A model generated the notes under the pieces. It had not been told where the DNA came from and searched no databases. It worked only from the letters and a program-made list of their open reading frames with translations. This document shows positions 58,070-64,000 of a DNA stretch of 64,000 nucleotides, one piece after another (the first letter of the stretch is position 1; each line of letters opens with the position of its first letter). The stretch spans positions 85,827 to 149,826 of the forward strand of contig JAUQQQ010000004.1 of NCBI GenBank assembly GCA_030549815.1. The letters are read 5' to 3'. The stretch is from a bacterium. GTDB taxonomy: Bacteria > DRYD01. A program made the position numbers and the translations under genes.

Positions 58070-59316
58070 TTTTCAATCTTTATTAGGAAAGGGTATTTTT
58101 GATCATCATCACCTGTCCAACCAGTAACGAAAATATTATCATTTTTATCAACAACAAAATCCAAAGCAACAGTTTGATCATAATTTGAGATTTTATCGAT
58201 AATAATTTTTCCGTTTTTTCCAAAATTTTTATCAACTGTACCATCATCGTTTAATTTTAGCAAATATGAATTATTTTGGTTGGCAGCCAATACTAAAATC
58301 TTTCCTTCTTGATTTACAAATATTTTTCTTAAATCTAGACCTGTTATTAATACCATACCTTGGTTTCCGAAGTTTTTGTCAAAACTTCCGTCGTTTCTTA
58401 TTTTAATGATAAAAGCATCATATTTTTGATTTTCGTTCCAATAATTCCCACCAATGTAAATATTACCATCTTGATTGATAAAGATAAAGCAAGATGTAGT
58501 ATCAGATAGTGAAGGAAATATTACTTTTCCGTTATTACCAAAGTTTCTATCTATACTTCCATTTTGTTTTAACTCCATAATGAAAGCAGTTGCTTTTTGG
58601 TCTTTACCACTTCGATAATCATAAGTAGTGCCAACAACAAGTAAATTTTTATTAGAATCAACACATAAATTTGAAACACCGTAGTTTTCATTAGAAAAAG
58701 AGTCAAATAAAACAATTCCTTTATTTCCAAAACTTTCATCAATATTTCCTAATTGATCCAATTTAATAAGGAAATCAAGAGTATTTTTTTTTGTCAAAAG
58801 CGTACCAGCTAAATATAATACTCCATCCTTAACAGAAAAATTTTTCACCAAATCATACGAATATTCTTCTTTATCTACAATAACCTTGTCTAAAATAACC
58901 TTGCCATAATTTCCGAAACTCTTATCTATGCTTCCATCTTCATTCAATCGAGTGATAAAAATAGGATTATTTTCTTCATTACGAATATTTCCAACAACAT
59001 AGATTTTTTCTTTATCAAAAGCAATAGAATTAAAAAAATTTATACGACTAAAACCGATAAAAACTTTCCCATTATCACCAAAAGTTTTATCGATATTCAT
59101 TTCATTATCCAAACGAATAACAAAAACTATTATTTTGTTTTGTCTATCGCTATTACCAGCAACATAAATTCTACCCTTATCATCACAAAGAACAGAAAAA
59201 CCATAACCTTCATTCCCTATCAAATTATCGATCAAAACTTTATGAATAATTTTTTGAGAAAAAGCAAAATTAAAGATAGATAAAATAAACAGAACAATAA
59301 AAATATATCCCTTCAT
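58066..59316 (-). CDS. Exported delta-60-repeat beta-propeller protein
   Basis: Seven or so repeats of 'L..DG.ID..FG..G.V', e.g. RLNEDGSIDKSFGNYGKV. Confidence 0.8.
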   Translation of the reverse strand: MKGYIFIVLFILSIFNFAFSQKIIHKVLIDNLIGNEGYGFSVLCDDKGRIYVAGNSDRQNKIIVFVIRLDNEMNIDKTFGDNGKVFIGFSRINFFNSIAFDKEKIYVVGNIRNEENNPIFITRLNEDGSIDKSFGNYGKVILDKVIVDKEEYSYDLVKNFSVKDGVLYLAGTLLTKKNTLDFLIKLDQLGNIDESFGNKGIVLFDSFSNENYGVSNLCVDSNKNLLVVGTTYDYRSGKDQKATAFIMELKQNGSIDRNFGNNGKVIFPSLSDTTSCFIFINQDGNIYIGGNYWNENQKYDAFIIKIRNDGSFDKNFGNQGMVLITGLDLRKIFVNQEGKILVLAANQNNSYLLKLNDDGTVDKNFGKNGKIIIDKISNYDQTVALDFVVDKNDNIFVTGWTGDDDQKYPFLIKIEK

Positions 59317-59322
59317 AAATAA

Positions 59323-60138
59323 TTACCTCTTGAAATTACTTCTTAATTGCTCTTTTTCATACAATTTTTTTAAGTCTTGTGATAAATTGTTATATTTTGT
59401 AATGTTTTCATTAATTATAATATCAGTTTCTATAGAAAAAATTCCCTCATCATTTTCATTTAATTTTAGTAAATATTCTGCTTTTGGGGAACATATAACT
59501 GATTGACCGATAAATTTCAAAGTTTCGTTTTGATTTTTTTCCATCCCGATCCTGTTAGCAGTAATCGTATATAATTTATTTTCAAGTGCTCTTATAGGCA
59601 TAGCCTTAGGACAATATGGTAAAACTAAATTAGAAGGATGTGCAATGATTTGCGCTCCCATTAATTTTAATTTTCTTGAAATTTCAGGGAAAAACCAATC
59701 AAAACAAATCATTACCCCTATTCTTAAAGATTGATCCATAAAATTAACATCGAAAACTTCCAACTTCTCGCCCTCTTCAAAAACATTCTTTTCCTTGTAG
59801 AATAAATTAATCTTTCTATATTTTCCAATGAATCCACTTTTACTAACTAACAAAGAAGAATTAAATACTTTTTCCCCATCTCTTTCTGCAACTCCAGAAA
59901 CAATAACCAAATTATTTTTTTTAGCTATATTTTCGAGTAATTTAGTAAAATGTCCATTAGGTACTTCTTCAGCTAAATCAATTATCTCCTCTCTACTTTC
60001 AAAAAGATAACCTGTAGTAGCGAGTTCAGGCAAAACAACTATAGAATCTTTTAAACTTAACAAGTAATTTTCGATTAATTCGTAATTTTTTTGTACATTT
60101 TTATGAATTGGGTTAAATTGCAATACCGACAATTTCAT
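59323..60138 (-). CDS. Carbon-nitrogen hydrolase (nitrilase family)
   Basis: Catalytic E-K-C in LPEL, YRK and ICFD; the ATG at 60138 (MKLSVLQ) forms an ATGA overlap with pilD. Confidence 0.92.
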   Translation of the reverse strand: MKLSVLQFNPIHKNVQKNYELIENYLLSLKDSIVVLPELATTGYLFESREEIIDLAEEVPNGHFTKLLENIAKKNNLVIVSGVAERDGEKVFNSSLLVSKSGFIGKYRKINLFYKEKNVFEEGEKLEVFDVNFMDQSLRIGVMICFDWFFPEISRKLKLMGAQIIAHPSNLVLPYCPKAMPIRALENKLYTITANRIGMEKNQNETLKFIGQSVICSPKAEYLLKLNENDEGIFSIETDIIINENITKYNNLSQDLKKLYEKEQLRSNFKR

Positions 60139-61091
60139 ATTATTTCTCCTACAATAAAACTGATAATGTAATTGGCAAAAAATATAGATGTCCATGCACC
60201 TAAAACCATATAAGGTCCAAAAGCTATATAACTATTCTTTAATTCATCAATATAAACATTATAAACATAAGAAAGCAAAATCGACTCCATATAATTAGGA
60301 TAAATATTTAATATTTTCAATTTTGAAAAAGCATTGATTTTTTTCATATTTTTCATTCTTTTAAAAACAGTGATAAAAATACCAAAAATCGATCCATAAA
60401 TAAAGGAGAGTAGAAAAGCTAAAGTAGCAGGAGCAGCACCCAGGAAAGCACCAATTGTTGCAGCAAATTTAACATCCCCCATCCCCATCCCCTCCTTCTT
60501 AAACGCCACCAACGAAGAATAGTAAATAGCCAAAAAAATAAGAACACCTACAAAAACTCCAATCAAACTGTCATATATACTAACCGTAACATTAACATTA
60601 TTCTCAAATCCAATGAAAGTATGAAGTAAAGCTAAAAGCAATCCAATCAAAGCACCCCCTATCGACAACTCATCAGGTATAATCTGATATTTAAAATCGA
60701 TCACAACAACAGGAAAAGTTATTATAAAAAACAAACACAAAACAAAGAAATCCCAGGTTAAACCATAAAGTATAAAAAACAAAACAAAACAAACAGCAGT
60801 AAATAATTCAACCAAGGGATAAGTCCAACTGATTTTACCTCCACAATAAGCACATTTTCCTTTAAGAAAAATAAAACTCAAGATAGGGATATTATGATAC
60901 CATTTTATATTGTTTTTACAATGAGGACAAAAACTTGGCTTAAAAATAACATCCATTTCCATCGGAAGACGGTAGATCAAAACATTTATAAAACTACCAA
61001 AAATAGCACCAAAAACAAAAACAATCGTTCCAGTAAACCAAGGATTTACATTTCTTGAAAACTCCACTAAATTGCTTATTATTTCATTCAT
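60135..61091 (-). CDS. pilD: Prepilin peptidase/N-methyltransferase (A24A)
   Basis: GSFINVLIYRLP, CPHC...GKCAYC, IDF..QIIPD, MGMGDVK. Confidence 0.93.
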   Translation of the reverse strand: MNEIISNLVEFSRNVNPWFTGTIVFVFGAIFGSFINVLIYRLPMEMDVIFKPSFCPHCKNNIKWYHNIPILSFIFLKGKCAYCGGKISWTYPLVELFTAVCFVLFFILYGLTWDFFVLCLFFIITFPVVVIDFKYQIIPDELSIGGALIGLLLALLHTFIGFENNVNVTVSIYDSLIGVFVGVLIFLAIYYSSLVAFKKEGMGMGDVKFAATIGAFLGAAPATLAFLLSFIYGSIFGIFITVFKRMKNMKKINAFSKLKILNIYPNYMESILLSYVYNVYIDELKNSYIAFGPYMVLGAWTSIFFANYIISFIVGEII

Positions 61092-62040
61092 TATTTTCTT
61101 CCTTTTTCAATTGGTTTTTGAAGTCTAAGTTATACAAATCACATTCTACCGCCTTTTTTAAAAAATAGTAATAATTTTTAGTTTTTTTAACATCATGCTT
61201 TTTAAGTATTTCATACATCAAAAAATATGCGTATGGTTTATCAGGATATTTTGAAATAATGCTAATCAATCTTTTTGTTGCTCCTTCATCATTTTTAGTA
61301 TACAAATCATACAAAGCAGAAGATATAGAAAAATAGTAATCATTAGTATTAAATTTTTTATTTTGCTCTATCCAATATAAGTCATCCTTATTAAATCTGT
61401 GCCTTATCCACATGATTTGAAAATAAAGCTCATTAAGAACATTCCTGTTGTTTAATAATTCCTTATAGAATAACGGGTTATCGAGGATCTGCTGTAAAGT
61501 TTGTATTGAAGTCTGATCTTTGATTTGATAATCAAACCAAGCCTTCAACATTTTTACCTTATATTTATCTTGAACAAGACTAATTATTCTATAGCTTTCA
61601 TCTATATTACCAATTTTCCAAAAAAGCATAGCTTTGGAAATATAAGCATCGATGAATTTTTTATTGTAATATATACAGTTATCATATTCTTTTATTGCAT
61701 CATTAATATTGCCTAATTTTTCTAACGTAATAGCTTTTATGTAGTGATAGTAATAAAAGCCGTTAAGTTTTTTTTGTAAAGAATTCAATAATTCTACCAC
61801 TTCCTGATACTTTTTTGTTTTTAAATTTTTGTTATTTAAGTTTTCTGCATATTTAAGGATAAGGATAGATTTTGCGAAAATTGCATCAGTATCGTATGGG
61901 TTTTCCTTTAAAACGTCATAAATTAATTTTTCAGCCTCATACAGATTATTTTTTGATAATTCTAAATATATCCTATCTTTAACTTCTTTATTTGAAAAAG
62001 AAAAGAGAAAAAAAGCAAGAATGATGATCAAAAATCTCAT
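61084..62040 (-). CDS. Exported TPR-repeat protein
   Basis: Signal peptide; TPR-like helices (KAITLEKLGNINDAIKEY). Confidence 0.75.
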   Translation of the reverse strand: MRFLIIILAFFLFSFSNKEVKDRIYLELSKNNLYEAEKLIYDVLKENPYDTDAIFAKSILILKYAENLNNKNLKTKKYQEVVELLNSLQKKLNGFYYYHYIKAITLEKLGNINDAIKEYDNCIYYNKKFIDAYISKAMLFWKIGNIDESYRIISLVQDKYKVKMLKAWFDYQIKDQTSIQTLQQILDNPLFYKELLNNRNVLNELYFQIMWIRHRFNKDDLYWIEQNKKFNTNDYYFSISSALYDLYTKNDEGATKRLISIISKYPDKPYAYFLMYEILKKHDVKKTKNYYYFLKKAVECDLYNLDFKNQLKKEENNE

Positions 62041-63530
62041 TTTACGAATACACTAATAATAGCAAAATAAATGATGTTTAAAAACAGATTTGGGAAAAAC
62101 CCCATAAACACAACCATCAACGATAAAACAGAATTAGAAAAAACATTAAGGAATCCTACTTCTATTTTCTCTGATTTTTCATTCTTCACGTATAGTTCCT
62201 GTGCGATTCTATAGTAAAAATAGAGAGATATAACACTTGTTATTATACCAACCCATACAAGGAAAGGAGATATTGAATAAGAGTAAGCAAATAGTAAGAA
62301 TTTTGCAATAAATCCCGAAGTTGGAGGTAATCCTGCCATCGTTACCAATGATACAATCATAAAAACACTTAAAAGCGGGTTATTACTTAAAGCACCTTTC
62401 AACTTTTCTAAATCCATAGTATCATATTTTTCTTCCAAATAAATCAAAACAGATATAAACAATATAGTAGCCAAAACATATTGCAAAATATAGAAATATA
62501 CTACAGATAAAGCCTGAGAATTATTTACTAAATTACCCTGTAAAGATGAAAATGGTATAAGAATATAACCTATGTTAGTTATAGTCGAAAAAGCAAGTAT
62601 CTTCCTTATATCATTATTGGTTAAAGCAAAGAATGTCCCCATAACCATCGAAAATAAAGAAAAAACAAATAAAAATGTTCCCAGATTTAGATATGGTACC
62701 ATTAGAATAACTTTTATAAAAGCAAATAATACAGCTAATTTAGGTATGGTAGAGATAACCAAGAGGTAAGGCGTTCTACTTCCAGCATAAGCATCTTGGA
62801 TCCAAAAAGATAATGGGAAAGCCGCTAACTTTATTAATAAACCCATAATAAAAATAACAAAAGCCAACTTTACCCCAAAATAATCAAACATACCAAAATT
62901 GGAAGAAAAAACAAGAGACCCACTGTAAATATAGAATATCAAAATGGATAAAATAAGGCTTATCGTAGAAAGCGATCCAATAAGGAAATACTTCATACTT
63001 CCTTCCAAAGATTCTGCTCTTTTGTTATCCATGGCAATAGCAAAATAAGAAGGTATAGCAATCAATTCAAAACCTATAAGAAAAGTAAGAAAATCATTAG
63101 AAGAAACTAAAACAAAAGATCCTAAGATTATTGTTAAATACACACACAATAAATCAGGTTTAAAATATCGATGCAAGAAATCCTCCTTACCTTTTTTAAA
63201 ATACAAATAAAAGGATACACTAATAAAGACAGAGATAATCGAAATAAAAAGCTTTGAAATAAGCTCAAAAAAACCATTAGAATAAATTATTAAGTTTCCT
63301 ATACTTAAATCTAAATTAGCTAAGTCCAAATTGCTTTCCAAAGAAGGGTTATTGGTTGATAGCAAATAAAATTGAAACAATACTGAAAAAACTAAAATAA
63401 AAAGAGAGAAATTGAATAGATTATATAGCGAATAAAAATCATCCTTAGATTTAAAATTTAAAAAAGACATAAAAAGTAATATATTTACAGATAACCATAT
63501 TTCAGGTAATAATTTTGCTACCCATTCCAT
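62037..63530 (-). CDS. nuoN: NADH-quinone oxidoreductase subunit N
   Basis: GFELIAIPSY, EGSMKYF, KLAAFP..FW..D.Y.G, RKILAFS.I, AGLPPTSGF.AKF. Confidence 0.9.
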   Translation of the reverse strand: MEWVAKLLPEIWLSVNILLFMSFLNFKSKDDFYSLYNLFNFSLFILVFSVLFQFYLLSTNNPSLESNLDLANLDLSIGNLIIYSNGFFELISKLFISIISVFISVSFYLYFKKGKEDFLHRYFKPDLLCVYLTIILGSFVLVSSNDFLTFLIGFELIAIPSYFAIAMDNKRAESLEGSMKYFLIGSLSTISLILSILIFYIYSGSLVFSSNFGMFDYFGVKLAFVIFIMGLLIKLAAFPLSFWIQDAYAGSRTPYLLVISTIPKLAVLFAFIKVILMVPYLNLGTFLFVFSLFSMVMGTFFALTNNDIRKILAFSTITNIGYILIPFSSLQGNLVNNSQALSVVYFYILQYVLATILFISVLIYLEEKYDTMDLEKLKGALSNNPLLSVFMIVSLVTMAGLPPTSGFIAKFLLFAYSYSISPFLVWVGIITSVISLYFYYRIAQELYVKNEKSEKIEVGFLNVFSNSVLSLMVVFMGFFPNLFLNIIYFAIISVFVK

Positions 63531-63536
63531 AATTAC

Positions 63537-64000
63537 TTACCACCCTATTATTTTCTTTATCTGAGTTAAATTGGATAAATCAGTTATAATAGAGGGGAAA
63601 ATACCCAATATCAAAACAAAGGTTGCTAATACAAGCATGTGTAATTTTTCATCCCAATGAGCATCATGTAAATTTGAATAAAGTATATTCACTTTTCTGT
63701 AAAGTGTTTTATCGATTAAGTTAAGAACATAAACAGAAGTTAAAAATATTCCAACCAACGACAGTAATACCAAATATATCCCAATAGTATTATTAATTTT
63801 CTGTAGTAAAGCACTTAGTGATAGAAGCTCAGATACGAACCCACTTAAACCTGGTAATCCCAAATTAGCCATTCCTGCAAAAACAAGCATTGTTCCAATG
63901 AAAGGAGTTATCCTCATTAATCCTCCGTAGTTATCTATTATTCTTGTATTGGTTCTGTGTTGTAAAGATCCTGCTATAGAGAACATCATTGCAGCAATGA
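63537..64000 (-). CDS. nuoM: NADH-quinone oxidoreductase subunit M (3' part, truncated by the window edge)
   Basis: MANLGLPGLSGFVSE, directly upstream of nuoN. Confidence 0.88.
   Translation of the reverse strand, partial: IAAMMFSIAGSLQHRTNTRIIDNYGGLMRITPFIGTMLVFAGMANLGLPGLSGFVSELLSLSALLQKINNTIGIYLVLLSLVGIFLTSVYVLNLIDKTLYRKVNILYSNLHDAHWDEKLHMLVLATFVLILGIFPSIITDLSNLTQIKKIIGW

Noticed and set aside
59323-60195. ORF-track start at 60195 for the nitrilase
   Set aside because: It would overlap pilD by 61 bp; the ATG at 60138 gives a typical MKLSVLQ start with an ATGA overlap.
1-64000. tRNA, rRNA, tmRNA or integrase/prophage genes
   Set aside because: No intergenic segment had a cloverleaf, T-loop or rRNA-like composition, and no integrase or phage structural ORF was recognised.

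Overview
AT-rich (roughly 30% GC or less) bacterial chromosomal window, very gene-dense and mostly on the minus strand. It carries housekeeping genes (ftsZ, pdxS, rplI, rplS, dnaB, mtnA, acs, pncB, nuoM/N, mgtE, kup, sbcC, sbcD) whose usual operon partners are not adjacent, so gene order looks heavily scrambled. A type IV pilus system is dispersed across the window: two tandem pilins, PilT, PilD and putative PilMN/PilOP fusions. A three-gene flagellar rod cassette has the unusual order flgB-fliE-flgC. Features the ORF track does not explain or annotate: (i) six perfect copies of a 21-bp, 67% GC, hairpin-forming repeat inserted in frame at a TA site in a GH57 gene (22234-22361); (ii) a decayed IS200/IS605 TnpB fragment in the kup-flgC gap, plus two possible IS605-type right-end remnants; (iii) an ion-channel pseudogene with two frameshifts and no S4 segment, upstream of kup; (iv) two paralogous glycine-rich membrane proteins translationally coupled to a Hel308/Ski2-like helicase, a candidate new system; (v) a 920-aa tubulin-like GTPase in addition to FtsZ. 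No rRNA, tRNA or CRISPR array was seen. All calls come from motif recognition by eye; no database searches were run.
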